Shown: one piece after another, positions 32,661 through 46,966 of the stretch
How the letters are laid out: each line of letters opens with the position of its first letter
Position numbering within the stretch: the stretch's first letter is position 1
DNA from: Tubulanus polymorphus
Taxonomy: Eukaryota; Animalia; Nemertea
Assembly (NCBI RefSeq): GCF_964204645.1
Contig: NC_134032.1
Span: 2,476,416 to 2,540,415 of the forward strand
Direction: 5' to 3'
Length of the DNA: 64,000 bases
The notes under the pieces: model-generated
What the model was told of the DNA's origin: nothing
Databases searched by the model: none
What the model saw: the letters and a program-made list of their open reading frames with translations, nothing else
Program-made: the position numbers and the translations under genes

Positions 32661-34342
32661 AAGAATGCTTTTCTATCTCCCATTTATTACGGGGGAAAAT
32701 TACTTGTGGTGATGAGTGGTGTCGTACTCTCGCACTCTGGTATGAAACCCCACTTTTACAATTACTGTCCCCAATCACTTCTGCGTCACTGAATATCCAG
32801 AAATTATACAAGTACAGTGAATTAATGCGACTCCCGTGTTTCACTTACGTCAAAAAGACCGGTACAAAAATGTCCGATCCACACGTCCCATAGCTTACGT
32901 CGTGACTATCATAACGAACAGCAATAATGGAATTTTTTTCGGATGGAGAATATTTTTGTGAAAAAATACGGAACGTTGAATGCTAATTTCAGCGGTTGGT
33001 TTAGATTGCTTGGATTATATTGCTCGAGCGATGATACTGATATATGCATGTTGTTAACCACTTCTAGATGTATATAGTTGTAGTGTTTCTCATGCAAATA
33101 AAGTTAGTTCAGTCAATATCTATATATCCAAGACGCGCTCGGTGTCTTTTGTCTGGAATCTGGTATTTGCTGTAGGCTGCAATTAACAAAAGTTTACGGT
33201 ACAAACGACGAGTTTCGATGCTTGGCATTTTGTGAGCTAGTCATTTACGGACGGGTCTTCAGAGCATTTTGAAGACTTCGTCGCAGGCTATGATGCCGGG
33301 CTGTGTAGACGAGAAAGATAAAACCGGAGGGTTTCAGTACAGTAGGGTGGTTGAGCTAGGGGAACTAAGGAGCTGAGGAAGGAGAACTTAAGGTGGTGGA
33401 GCTAGAGCTAAGAGGCTGTAGGTTATGAAATGATTAAATGAAGATTGTACAAAAAGGCTATATCAGAATAAATGATGGAACGATAGACCAACGATTGAAG
33501 TCATTGTCACTTGAATAGAAGTCGGAATAACTCAGATGGAGGTCAGAACCAGAAAATCAACTCAGATACAGTCACCGTGGATATTACTCGACAACACAAC
33601 ACATATGGACAATAACACTGGTTAAACGAACAACTAATATAATACTGATGGAGAACCATAACATATCCACTCCTGCATCCAGAAATAAGGCGACTCGTCT
33701 AACATCGCCAACGCCACGGAATCATATTAGAGTTCCAGGTTACACTGGACAGGCTGGAGCTTCAAATACACTTCCATGTGATTTTACCAATGCAGTACTT
33801 GTGCTAGGGAAACCTCCTGCATAAATCTGGCAAATATGCAATAAATGGAGTGCTCGGTTTTACCGGATCTTCCGAGTATTAGTGATATAGAAGGCGAATT
33901 CAGAGTTCACTACGAAAAACCGTCATTGTAGTATTATTTATATACTTCCGACGAACCATATACACCTACCCCACCAGCTTAGAAACCACAACCACCTCCA
34001 GCAATATCTGAAATCTAGAGGCTTCCATCGAATATTGCAAAAATATAGTAATTTCATATTCTAAAATTTGTATATTGACAGTTTATTTTATGATCAATCA
34101 TTTCGTTATGACACATGTGACACGAACACTTAAGATTCACGACCGATGTGATTATTTTTCTACGTATCATTCCGGATAACAAATACTAAATTTTTTTTTT
34201 TGGTCGCACACGAAATACCGTGATTTATTGAGGAAAATTGTTTTGCCCGAAAAATTAAAAACCTGACCAAATCTGCAAAAGAATATACAAATTGTTCTTT
34301 ATTTTGTTGATCCAAACATTGGCCGACTCGTACATTGCTCTT

Positions 34343-35610
34343 TTAGGGGTGTTTTCCTCGCCTTCTTATTCGAGTTATTTTACAACGAACACCGGTGAAT
34401 AAATTGATTAATTGTTGTTTGAACGCCCTCAACGTTCCAACATAGATGAAGAAGTTGACGCAGAATACAAATTGTCGAGGAAAATAAAAGATTCTTTCCA
34501 ACCCAAGAAAATACATTTTGCTTATGGCGTAAGACTTATTCAAAAAAGGACGATGCTATGATTGGTCCAGATCTGGTAAACTAGGAACTCAATGAAATTT
34601 CGCAAAAATTTGAATATTGAACTCGGTAAAACAAGTGCTATGTATACAACAATTACAACAAAGAGGGTTTTACTGGCTGCGGATTGATGGCGATCTCTTC
34701 TTTTATGCGCAGAGAGAGCAGCACCAGTTCGTTTATTACGTAATACAGCAGTATGTACCGATACTATAATGATAATTACGGATGGGATTATGTCGTGAAG
34801 AAATATTTTTAATGCGCTTAACGATGCCGTATGATATCCGTATATTCTTAATTGATGACACTGTAAACTGCTAATTGACTCACCTTTTATACGGATCGTG
34901 TGCAAATAGATTTCTTTATTCTTAACAGCATTATCCAAATTCATAAAAAACGACCACAAAATCACGACAGCAACGGCGACTTTTCGTCTATTGACTGTGA
35001 AATGCTTCATGTGAAAGAAGGGAAAACGAATCGAAACAAATCGTTCTATTGCAATTACAAGAACTGTGAAGTTTGATATAGATACGGCCTGATAATAAAA
35101 TTGATAATTCATTAAACATATTGGTATCCACCGTCTTGGTAAATAATCAAAAAAGTAGTAATAATAGTAGAGTGATGGGCATAATTTGCTGTGTCTAGCT
35201 ACCGTTAAAAAAGCGTCTGCGCAATCTTTCGGGACCATCCCGACATCGTGAAGGAAACGCCGCAAGTAGTAAGGGAACATAATGAAACCGAAAAGTACGA
35301 CAATTTGATCCGAACACGCCATAGTTATAAGATAGGGGAACGTGTAACGAACTGACTGACATTTCCTACAATTGAACAGTAAAACAATAGTAAGAACATT
35401 GAAGAAACATCCCAGTGGATACAAGAACAAGGTGATCGAATAAGTGTTTAAGTAGCTTACACGCTGGATTAACTGACCGAATGAAAAATAAGGACCCTTT
35501 CGCCTCACGGTTATCCGTTCGCTATCAATGGTAGTGGTCGAGACCGTCGAATTTGGATTTACCGCTTCCAAAACACTGACAAAGCTGTTCATATTCAACT
35601 GTACTGCCAC
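34343..35610 (-). pseudogene. Intronless class A GPCR (peptide-receptor/chemoreceptor-like), frameshift at the A6 tract near 34545
   Basis: YLITMACSD, IAIERFVSIRFP, KTLFVVIVVYIALVLP, CVNFFIY in the second frame. Confidence 0.85.
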
Positions 35611-37559
35611 GCGTCCTACTTACAATGCCACGAGCGTACAGATATTTCTCTCTGCTTCACATTGTGAAACCGATCTCTGAAATTAGATGTTTTGTAAGCG
35701 TCAAGCAATACACGGTGCCTCTAGCGTTTCATTCTCTTTCGGTTGGAGACAACGAGTAACGTTTGATACATTCTGAATACATTCTGAATATATAAGTAGT
35801 TCACATACGTTACGTGTTACGTATGAAAATCTTACAGAAGCAAACAAATAGTGATCAGCAAATAAATTTCTCAATTCTTTGCCCAGCATCTCCATTCTTG
35901 TATTTTGTTGCGGAAGTCTTTTTGTGGATGATTTTAGATTGGCAACCCGGCATACAAGGGTGCTAATCGAGGATTTTGGTTAAGGATCGAAGGCTGTACA
36001 TGTACGTGTACAGTTGTGTTTGGGGAGAATGTTTTAACCGTTACAACAGTTTTATCAAAACCAAATGGCTACAGTCCGCGTGGACCTGGTTGCTACCGAG
36101 ATCGCGTGTTAACTACGCAATCTACGCCGTGCGTAATGTGAACCCGCTAAATATAAGCGTTTACACGTGTATATAATTCTTTTTTAAGGAGTTTAAGACT
36201 GCGTATTTTCTCGTTCGTTTATTTTGTGCTTTATATAGTAGCATTTTGACAGTTCTGTAAAGTTTTGTAACATTTTTAACAGATTGTTATCTCAATTAGT
36301 TTCTAGCCAATTTTGTATAAAAGCGTAGAAAATTCTCAAAAAAATCTGTAAAATCAGTTCATCTTTGTACACCTTATGGTGCACGTCTCTCTGTCGAATA
36401 AATTGCTCTCGTCTATACTCTGAAGAAAGTCTCTTGCAGTCAGTCATTTCATGACCAAGGGACAGGACGACGACTGCCTCGCTTTTGCTGCTTCAACCAG
36501 GGAAGACGGTTGACTCTGCCCCGACTCGCTAATTCGCCTCTGCCTGGTAACCCGCCTGGCTTTGCTTCTACCTGCGCGACCACCTTGGTTTCTGCTTCTA
36601 CCTTGGCGACCCTCCTCGCTCAATCGCTTCCTACCTCTCCATCGACTGTCAGTGGAGTGAGCCCGAAACCCCGTGGTGTTGGACCGAGATCTCTCCCAAC
36701 ATAGAGGTATTTGCGTAAAGCGGCAGTTGAAGATTTTTAAAGAATTACGGAGCTGTAATTTCGTAAGAGAGCATCGGCGCTGTCGGTGACAATCGAATGT
36801 GTCAAAATTAATTACTCACCATACTGTATGTATTGTAATATGGTTTATATTGTATGTATTGTCATACAGGTTACGAAAAATAAATATCAAAATAATTATT
36901 ATCCGAGGGATTGGGGCTTTAGGAGCAATTCGAAGTTTGGGGAGGAATTCGAGAGATGGGGGATGGTCGTTAGGGTTTGTAAAATTGCTCGGAGATAGGA
37001 GTCGTTTTGAGCAGTTAAGTTGCAGGTAGTGATCATTGATTTGGACAAAAAGGTTTTCGGAAAATCAAAGATTAAGGGAGAGTTAGTTAATTTGAAGAAG
37101 TCCGACAATTCGAATTGGTACGAAAAAATCAATCATAACTAAACCACAACGTTGCGGCGGTTGACCAACAGCCATCATCGGGTGGAATGACCAGAAAACA
37201 AGTAACTTAGCATGTAAACTTTCATGACACAAAAAAGCGATGAGTCAGAATAAATGTAAACAGTGACAAATGAAAACAACCATCATCATACCATAGAAAC
37301 CACAAAATTCTATGAACAGCCCACGTCAGGATGAATACAATTAATGTGACTAAGTGGAGTATAAGTGGATGGGGATAGCAGTGGGCACATACATTAGTGA
37401 CATTGACCAAAATCTAATAGAGAGTTCCTAGATAATGGATTATGTGGAGAAAAACCGGTATTTAGATTGGTAGATAAGTTGGATTTCGAAGATCTGCCTG
37501 AGAAATAACAGATCCACCTAAATTCTATCAACAAACCGAGTACAAAAAGTGATTTCAAT

Positions 37560-38995
37560 ATATAATTATCACACTTTTCATAGTTTTTATGTTTGATAAT
37601 GCTTTGATATATGTGATTTTAAATGTTTAACGAAATACCTCCACAATATCAATACATTTATGTTAGCATTGAATTCATTCAATTCATTATCTAAATCACA
37701 ATGAATGCCATTTTCTTTAATTTCATTATTGATAATTTGTTCATTATAAAGAATATAATAGTTTAATTGTTGTTTTTCCATTCATTACATTTTGAAAGTA
37801 TTATATCACGTTTTCTTTCATTTAAAGGAATTTTAAGAATACTTTTCATTTTTTATCTAAATTACCATTGTAATTTAATCTAGCACTGTGTTAAATATTC
37901 TAGGATTTTAAAAACCCTTTTCTTTTAAGTATCTATAAGTTCAATAATTAAATATGTTCATTTCATAGTATTTGATTAATTACAGTGATATTTTCAATTT
38001 TATATTCTCTTCCATACCCTGATTATTTGCTGGAATATGATTCTTTTAATGTTACATGGTGAAATTAAGTTATTAGCTTCATTTATTTCAATTTTGAATT
38101 CGGTTTTTTCTTTCATTTATATGGTAAAATTTTTATTAAAATGAATTTTCTAGATTACTTATGTTACAAAATTTAAATTATTTTACTCACACTTTACTAA
38201 AACTTTTTATATTGAACACTATTTATGATATCTAGGGATGAGAGGGAAGACTAAGAATTCTTAAAGAATTCTTTAAGAATTTTCTAAGATAATAATTCTT
38301 TAAGAATTCATGGATGACAGAATTAAACGTAAATTATATCATAACTTTTCATTTTTTCAAATCAATTATTATTATATATTTCATTCAATATTTATAATTT
38401 TATATGTTTTACTCATCATTTTTTTTCTTACTATTTTTTAAATAAAAAGAATTTAAAAATCTTATCTTTTTCAACTCGTTTATTACTCATTACCTTTTTT
38501 TCAATTATGTGCCTATTTTCCTATGTTTTCAGTAAAAATCTAAGTAATTTTACTCACATTTTTCTCACACTTTTAATACTTCAAATAGTAATATTTTTAT
38601 TAATACTTTTTTATTAAAACGTTTGATTATTTTACACACATTTAACTCACACTTTTAATACTTCAAAACATTAATATTCTATCAACACTTTTTTATTAAA
38701 ACGTTTTATTATTTTACTTTTTACTCACACTTCACGCACACTTTTGATTTTCCAAGATTTTTTTATTTTATTTACAATTTCATTTATTTCATTTATCAAA
38801 AAGTTTGATTACTTTACTATTTGTCTATTTTTTTACACATAAATATTAGAGTAAGAATATGATAACGTTTTCTGATTGAAGGTCGAAAGTTTGAGTGAAT
38901 CAAATAAATATAAATTCGAGCCGGCGAGAATTAATTTCTATTTCATGATCTCGACGTTTCGACTTTTGATCTGAAAACATAATTATACACTTACT
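37560..38995 (-). mobile_element. Relic of a diverged family related to the 4984-7530 element, with a 146-bp terminal hairpin (38850-38995)
   Basis: Decayed homolog of the 5886 ORF (KIEINEAN, YKIENITVINQIL, GIHCDLDNE, SHISKHYQT), GTGTGAGTAAA-type subterminal repeats, AGTAAG..CTTACT hairpin. Confidence 0.8.
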
Positions 38996-39335
38996 TACCC
39001 GTTGCAGCTGCCAAATAAAATTCACTCATTCATTGATAAATCTTCGATATCTTCAATTGATAATCCATTAGATTTGTCTAGTAAAATATTCCCTTGTTAA
39101 GAATTCGTTAACGAATATCAAGTTACGCAAGTTATTGTACAATTTGAATAAAATAAGTAAAACGAATAGTGTAATGAGATGTCAATATCGAGAATAAGTG
39201 TATACGGTAATCTATTTGTCGGTGAATCATCACCCGTTGTATTCATTTAATACGTTGTCGATTATTTTCTCCTTACAGAACGGACGCCTGCCGTCAACCC
39301 TTTATGTTGACAATTGAAGCCGTGAAATTGTAGCC

Positions 39336-39779
39336 GTGAGCTTTCTATATGTCGGGCACACTCACGAGGACATTGATCAGCTTTTTAGCGTAGTGCCCAG
39401 AACCCTCAACAGGAACGAGGCGTTGGATTTATCCCAACTCTTGGCGTTACTGCCGTTTGGAGAAGAAGCAAAACCAAATATCATCGACTACATCAACCAC
39501 AGCCGTCCAAATATCTTTCTGTTCAAAACAAGCAAAGATGGAAATTCAGTCGACCTTATCTACCGTAAAACCAGTAGACAGTCGTGGAATGTTTTGGAAA
39601 ATGGAATTTTGCGACGCATGCCTACTGGAAAACCGACTCGTTTGATACAGGATTATACAGATGTCGAAGTCGACAAATTGAAGAGAAATATAACTAATAG
39701 ACTGTCCCGTTTTTTACCGGAAACGAAAAAAAATCCGGTGGGAAATATTTCTAAGCGAAATCCTGAAAATAAGATCTGA
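39336..39779 (+). pseudogene. DNA-transposase-like fragment (GHTHEDIDQ family)
   Basis: SFLYVGHTHEDIDQLFS motif; superfamily not determined. Confidence 0.55.
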
Positions 39780-41129
39780 TCCTACTATTCTGCTATCAAA
39801 ATCTAAATGATCCGCCGAATGGTATATGCCAGAGCAACGAAGCAGAAGACGAAAATCCAGTTAAACGTGTTCGTTATTACTTGTAATAAGTTCATTGATG
39901 TCAATAGAATCAATTCCTCTAACTAAAGAAACATGAATGAATCCTAACGTGTTATATTATTGCATTCGATATCACATAATTGTTTGATAATTATATTAAA
40001 AGTTTTTGAAACAAAAATAAATTTCTAATAAAAGTGTCGATTAATTCTCTATTTATGTCTATCTATATCTGTTTGCTTTTATCAATGTGGGATTTGGAAA
40101 CCGACCTATCATATATTATGACAGGTTTCACTAAGAAACAGGTAAAATATTCATCGATGAAATTTTCGTTAAATGGGATGATTATTAAAGGTGTTTTCCA
40201 TGCACTTCCAATTTTCCATTGTTAATAAACCAAATTTGAATTCGGAATATTGAGTCGAATGAAGCCGATCTATTCTAATATACCTTGTAGTAATCTATAC
40301 CAAGGGGTATCCCGAAGCATATGAAGAATATTATCTCCCTCAATGATTTTCCTGCCCATAGCCTAGCGACATCGAACAAAGAGGACAACTTATAGTGTCA
40401 TAAGTTATTCAATCAGTGTATAGTTTGCACCTGAATAAACTCAACACATTGATTGATAGAATAATAAACAAACTAACTAGATTAACATGTTATTTTAATA
40501 ATACCCATGATTTCATATATTGAAACATAATTGTATTTCTCGGTGGAAAGCTGCGATCACGTGAGCATGTAATATTGTTTACACGGGTGCTAAGTGGACT
40601 CGTTTAAAAGCGTTGGACTAGGCCCGAGTCAGGTTTCGGCACGGGTCTATTTATTGCGTGTGGATTGCTACAGGTTGCTAATCATTGGCTTGTGTGTGAA
40701 CCCGCTCTTTAATTAATGATGGGCCAAATTTGACTCTGGTCTAATCCGTGGCAATTTGGCCCGGGCCAAATCGTCTCCTTGTGATTTTGGCTTACGTTAT
40801 TATCTGTAGTATATCCAAGCTACGAGCAATTATCTAATAGATCAATTAGTTGGATAATTGCTCGTAGATCTAAGTAAATCACATGAGCTCGAAGACATAA
40901 ATGATATCTAGTTTGCACTACTACAAACATCCGCGCAAATCTGATGGGCTCGAATCCGTGCGTTCGACAGAAACTGACCAGTGAAAAAATAGATGTAGTT
41001 ATAAAGCAACAACATGAAAGGTATCCAATTTTACGGTCCACGACTGAACGAATACATTTATCTTAAAATAGATCAGTCTGATTCACATGTTTCTTTGCCA
41101 TACAACGTATTTCACAATATGAATAGTCG

Positions 41130-41900
41130 TTGACTTCAGTTTTTCTTTCATCTCTTTTTTTCGTGCTTCCTCTGACTGTTTATTCCTCTGAAGAAAGCCA
41201 TCATTTGGTCACCAGTCAAGTGCTTTGAAGGGAAATCTGCACTATTTTTGTTCTAGTGTCCCTTCGAATCGTTTTCCTCAGTCCGGGTATGTTAATATCT
41301 CATCGAATGATGACGATTTATTGGGTGGTGCGGATGAGGTTGAAGATACCGAATGTAATGAGGGCTATGGACTAGGTACGGATGATGAACAAATTGTCTT
41401 TTCTTTTATTGTCTTCCAGATGACAAACAAAGCGTCATCTTCAAGATCATAACCTTCGGCAAATATTCTATTAAAGATATTGCATTGCTCAGAAGACAGC
41501 ACTTCCTCGAACATCTTCAGTGCAGTGAGTTCAGGGGTTTCACTTAAGATATCATCTACGAACCTAGGTTTTTAATTAATGGTACGTTGACCTTCATCAT
41601 TCTGGTCACCCCATGCCATTGAAGGTGCCATCTTAGCTACCTGTATGGCTTCTGGGTCGAATGGAAATATACCAGTCGCACGAAAGCCATTTTTGATATT
41701 AGAAGGCTTCAAGGCTTCAAACCAGGCATTACAAAAAAAACGGGAGAAAAACACTTTTTCGTCACTTGCTGTCCAACGTGGGAATCACGGTAGACCTGCT
41801 TCCTCCAAGCTGCCTTAAATAGCTTGAAAAAACTTACATAGAGTGGTTGAATTACGTGACTAGCATGTGGGGGAAAACAATACAAATAAATACCCTCACT
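41130..41900 (-). pseudogene. pogo/Fot1-like DDE_1 transposase fragment
   Basis: LYCFPPHASHVIQPL..FK..KAAW; NIKNGFRATGIFPFDPEAI. Confidence 0.8.
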
Positions 41901-41926
41901 TTATCTGGTTTAAGTGTAGATGAAGT

Positions 41927-42056
41927 ATTAGACTGTTGAAATGTTAAATTGTTAGACCGTTGAAATATTAAATTGTTGGACTGTTGAAATGTTAAATTGT
42001 TAGACTGTTGAAATGCTAAATTGTTAGACTGTTGAAATGTTAGATTGTTAGACTGT
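41927..42056. repeat. 24-bp tandem repeat, ~5.5 copies
   Basis: GACTGTTGAAATGTTAAATTGTTA. Confidence 0.9.
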
Positions 42057-42689
42057 AATTTTAATTGTCATTTGATTTGATCATTTAAAAGTTCAATGAT
42101 TTAAAAATGATTATAAAATATTAAATCGAAAACTAACAGAAATCAAAAATATTTAATTGAACATTAAATAACTGCTAGTAGTTTCTAGTATGATTTTTTT
42201 ATAATCATCTCATATTCCTTAGTTGAAAATATATAATATATTGGTTGAAAATATAAATATATTGGTTCAAAATAAATAATGTATTGTATAAATAAAAATG
42301 GGGTCTCAAGCATTTACGTTTCAGATACGCATCAGATAATGATAATTAAATCTTTTTGATTTCTATTCACGCTAATGTTTGATTAGGATTGAATAGAATT
42401 CAATTAAAAATTTAATAAACTAACTAACTAATATCACTCTTGTATTATTCTAGTGCCGCGTAAAGAATTACAATGTCATATATGAATAGATTAAAAAATA
42501 AATTACTTATGAGACTTCAATTTCCGAAATAAAGCATAATACGTATTTAATACGTATTAATACCATTAATACCTAAACCCCCTTTTTAATGAACTATTAT
42601 TTGTAAAATATTTTATACATTTTCAACCAATATATTTTATATTTTCAACCAATTTAACAGCCAATTTCTTAATTTGAATCATATAATTT

Positions 42690-43170
42690 ATTATCTAGTT
42701 CGTGAATATACCTATGATTCTTTAAATTTTTTTAAATTTTTATAACTTTTATTCATATTTAACAACACTTAATATTATTCAATCTATCTGAAATATAATT
42801 TATTTTTTTTTAATTCTATATATTTAATTTTACAAGTATCATTAAATTCTACTAACTGTTTTAATGAGTTAATTGAAACAGATAATAATCCTGAAATCAT
42901 AATAATTAACTTAATATCCTCTTGATTTCTGTATATAAGATGTAATAAATTGAGTATATTGTCACTCATTTATATAGTTAAAATATATAAAATAAATCAA
43001 ACTAAAAGATACTGCCTTAATCCTCTAAATCTTTTATAGTATTAACTTTTTTATTATTACTATTTTTATGCCCATTTCCATTCAACTTACTTAATTTCCT
43101 ACTTAATTTCATATTTTCATTTATCAGATCTTTACTTCTATTCCCATAAGTAAAGTATAGCGCAGCTTAA
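42690..43170 (-). mobile_element. Relic homologous to 6720-7250 of the small element
   Basis: MSDNILNLLHL ORF with TAAATG start, preceded by ...DLED* and AALYF homology. Confidence 0.75.
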
Positions 43171-43329
43171 ATTTCATTGGATATGGTGCCCCTTTTATCT
43201 GTGTTCACCAATCGTCTCAGGGTTGATTTTGATTTTATAGAAATCTTATGCTTTGATTTTAAAAGGGTATTTTGGAAATTCATTCCAGCTTCCGGAAGGC
43301 ATGGAAGGTAAGCTGGATGCGCTCCTGAT

Positions 43330-43685
43330 TTGATCCGCGCGAATCATGAATTCAACTCAGATGCAGATTGGTCGACCTTTTCTTGGTTACATCATTCTTG
43401 TGTCTGTGGTAAACAGGTCTCGAATCTACCGTACTGTGTCACTGGTCTGCTTGTATTGTTCTTGTTAGGAGCGTTTGGAAATTGAGCGACGTACTTTCCT
43501 GATAGCGATAAGTCGCAGATTCCGCAGTTTACCTCACGCTAACTACCTGATCGCTTTGTGTCTCAGTGATACCTTGCACTTTATCAAATTTACACTGATG
43601 CCTGTTCAACAGTTCGTTCTCTTTCGCGTTAAAGACGGTCATGAAATCGCTGAATAGTTGTAAAATCTATGAATTTGTAATCTGG
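43330..43685 (+). pseudogene. Truncated duplicate of the GPCR at 55487
   Basis: Nucleotide match to 55470-55840 (ATTTGATCCGC..ATGAATTC..SRRFRSL..ANYLIAL). Confidence 0.85.
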
Positions 43686-44607
43686 TATTTGCCGGCCGCA
43701 ATAGACTCAGAGCCACGGCGCGAGATTTGCGGCACTCAATTTGAATTTTGAAAGCGTCGATTTTAAGTAAGTCGTTGCCGTACTTTAGGTCTCCAATCGA
43801 AGAGAGTTGACAAAATTTGCAAACAACACAAAAACCTGGATACGGACCACGTTATGCCCCTGGTGGGCGAAAAAGTAAATAGTGAACACAGAAAAGAGCT
43901 TGGCAGATTATGTTGTATCCAATTTTTATTCGTCTAGAATATCAATACCTTTTGGAATTAGCGAAATATCGGAAACAAAACATCTTAGTTAGGACAACAA
44001 ACTCTCAAGAAGGCAGTGTAGGATCTGGTGTCGCCCCCACCAGCAAACCAATATGTGCCGGCTTTCCCCATTTCATGTACACGGAGTTCCTCTATTTCCA
44101 ATCTGAATTTCTGTAAATAGATTGATCTATATTGATTAACTTAAACTTGAAAAAAAACTATCGAAATACCTTCAGTTGCCGCGACAGAAGCTTCATCCAC
44201 CATAAACAAGGCCAAGGCGATGAAAAGAGTTTTAGTAAACATTCTGAAAGTGAATTTGAAATGTTAGAAACAGCCACTAAGATATAACACTGTAACAGTA
44301 ACTAGAATGGTCGATTTAACCCTTTAGTTATTAGCACCTGAATGGCAAATTTTTACCGTCAAAAAAGTGAAAATATGACCGAAATGTGACCCACTCACCG
44401 GCGGGGCACCAGTCACACCTGCCGGGCACCAGTCACACCGCCTGGGTACCACTCACACCGGCTGGAGATGAAATTGGGACAAAATCAGAAATCGATTGCA
44501 TGTACTCAAAAGTTATGATTAGCCCAAAGTCAAATTTAACCAGAAAATGAGGATTTTAAAGCATTCTAAAGAACTGTTGCCTCTCGGTGATGAATGGTTG
44601 CAGGATC

Positions 44608-45058
44608 TTTTCATTTCATTTTCATTTCATTTTTATTTCATTTTCATTTCATTTTCATTTCATTTTCATTTCATTTTCATTTCATTTTCATTTTCATTTC
44701 ATTTTCATTTCATTTTCATTTCATTTTCATTTCATTTTCATTTCATTTTCATTTCATTTTCATTTCATTTTCATTTCATTTTCATTTCATTTTCATTTCA
44801 TTTTCATTTCATTTTCATTTCATTTTCATTTCATTTTCATTTCATTTTCATTTCATTTTCATTTCATTTTCATTTCATTTTCATTTCATTTTCATTTCAT
44901 TTTCATTTCATTTTCATTTCATTTTCATTTCATTTTCATTTCATTTTCATTTCATTTTCATTTCATTTTCATTTCATTTTCGTTTCCATTTCATTTCCAT
45001 TTCATTTTCATTTCATTTCATTTTCATTTCATTTTCATTTCATTTTCATTTTCATTTT
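44608..45058. repeat. (TTTCATTTTCA)n simple repeat
   Basis: Direct reading. Confidence 0.98.
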
Positions 45059-45652
45059 ATAATGATATTTTGATAATTGTCTTTTGATAGAATGTGTGAT
45101 ATGTTCGACGAGAAAAACGCACATAATGACTATCGCTTTACGCCGGTCCACGCTAAAAGGCGTATTAATCCACGCTTGTCACTTACCGTGTTTATCAAGA
45201 CTCACTTACAATCAGACTGGACACAGTTTAGCGAGGGTGTCTCACATGAATACTTTGGACTGTTCCATTGGATTGTAATTCTGAACGCGACCCGGTGTCC
45301 GCGTAGGTTCGTCTTGCATCTCTGTTTTCGGATCTTGAATATAATATGTTTGTTGATAGTCAATCCCGGAGTCGAAATGGATGTACTTTATATCTAATTC
45401 AGTTTATGTCAACAAATTCGATTGAGTGAAATCATTTGAGTGGGCTTAAAATCTTTTCGCAAATACCATTGAATTAATTTCCGATTTTGCCCAGACTATT
45501 TTAAACACGTCGACTGGACGTTTTAGACTCCACGATGAACCAATTATCAATAATTTCCGTAAACATCAGATATTCCATAAACTATGCACGTTTTTTACAG
45601 GAATTATCACTGAAATGAAGCTGATCGAGTTAGTTATAGTTTTGTTGTTGTT

Positions 45653-45893
<241 letters not shown>

Positions 45894-46966
45894 CAAGCAC
45901 CAGGTAATAGTCTCTTTACGATTCATATGCATTTCGCTGACGTTCTTGTTACATTATTTTTAAACCCATGCCTCCAATTCTTTAGTTCATATTATCATAT
46001 ATCAAAGGGATACTTACCCTGTGTTTGAATTCCAAAGTATTTTCCCTGTAAAAACCTCAAATTTTTTAAAAATAATCGGACGATTGAACAAACTCGTTGC
46101 AGGGGTGGATCCAGAGACAAATTCTGAAAGAGTTGCCACATCCCAAAAGGGCGCATCGATGATCAAGAAGGTTATATTAGGCGCATTTCTATGGTACTGA
46201 AATACATCAATTGTCTCTGTAAAATAATGAAGAAAAAAAATGTTGGACTTGTACACGTCTCACAAGTTGCCCTGGATCCGGCCATTTAATTATATCCAAT
46301 TCTGTTGTCGTATTTCCAAATAACCAAACCGCGCTCTTTCACTTCACATCTAACTCATCAGCATCAACAAACGCTGTTCGACCTTTCATGAAAATAGTTA
46401 ACGGTGTTTGTTCCTGCGATTGGTCAATAAAAATGGGGCCCCAGGAACTCATCCACATTCGCTCGATGTTGAGCAGAAAGCGAGACATAAGCATTGTTTG
46501 TTGCTGGCTCCAGGGGAATCCCTGTATCACCTACATACAATATATTCGCGCCCTTAGTTTCTTTTTATATCAATAATTCAAGAGCCAAATTCATACCTAG
46601 ATATTTCTGGCACTGCCTACACGAAAATCAACTCCAAAATCTTTTCATTTTATCTGGGTTAGCCCTACTGCATTTGGCGATGTGTGTATAGAAAAGGTTT
46701 GCAATCTTATCTAAATCTGTCATGTTCGCCGTATTGTTATTATGTGTAAGCGCGTGTATTGGGATTTCCTTTTTTTAGTTTTCTTTTTTCTATCTATAGA
46801 AATATTGTATTGTCTGTTCAACTCTCTGCATTGAGCTAATTGTGGAGTAGTAAACTTAATTAACTTACTATTCATTTATAATTGTAGCTATGATTTCTTA
46901 TGTATTTATGTGCGTCAATCAGACTTATTCAATCTATTCACCTTTATGCGGGTTTACATTATGCAG

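Noticed and set aside
33120-34020. Possible decayed viral or retroelement coding sequence (also 36400-36720)
   Set aside because: No recognisable motifs or boundaries by eye
44547-45087. ORFs of FHFHFIFIS repeats
   Set aside because: Translation of a simple repeat
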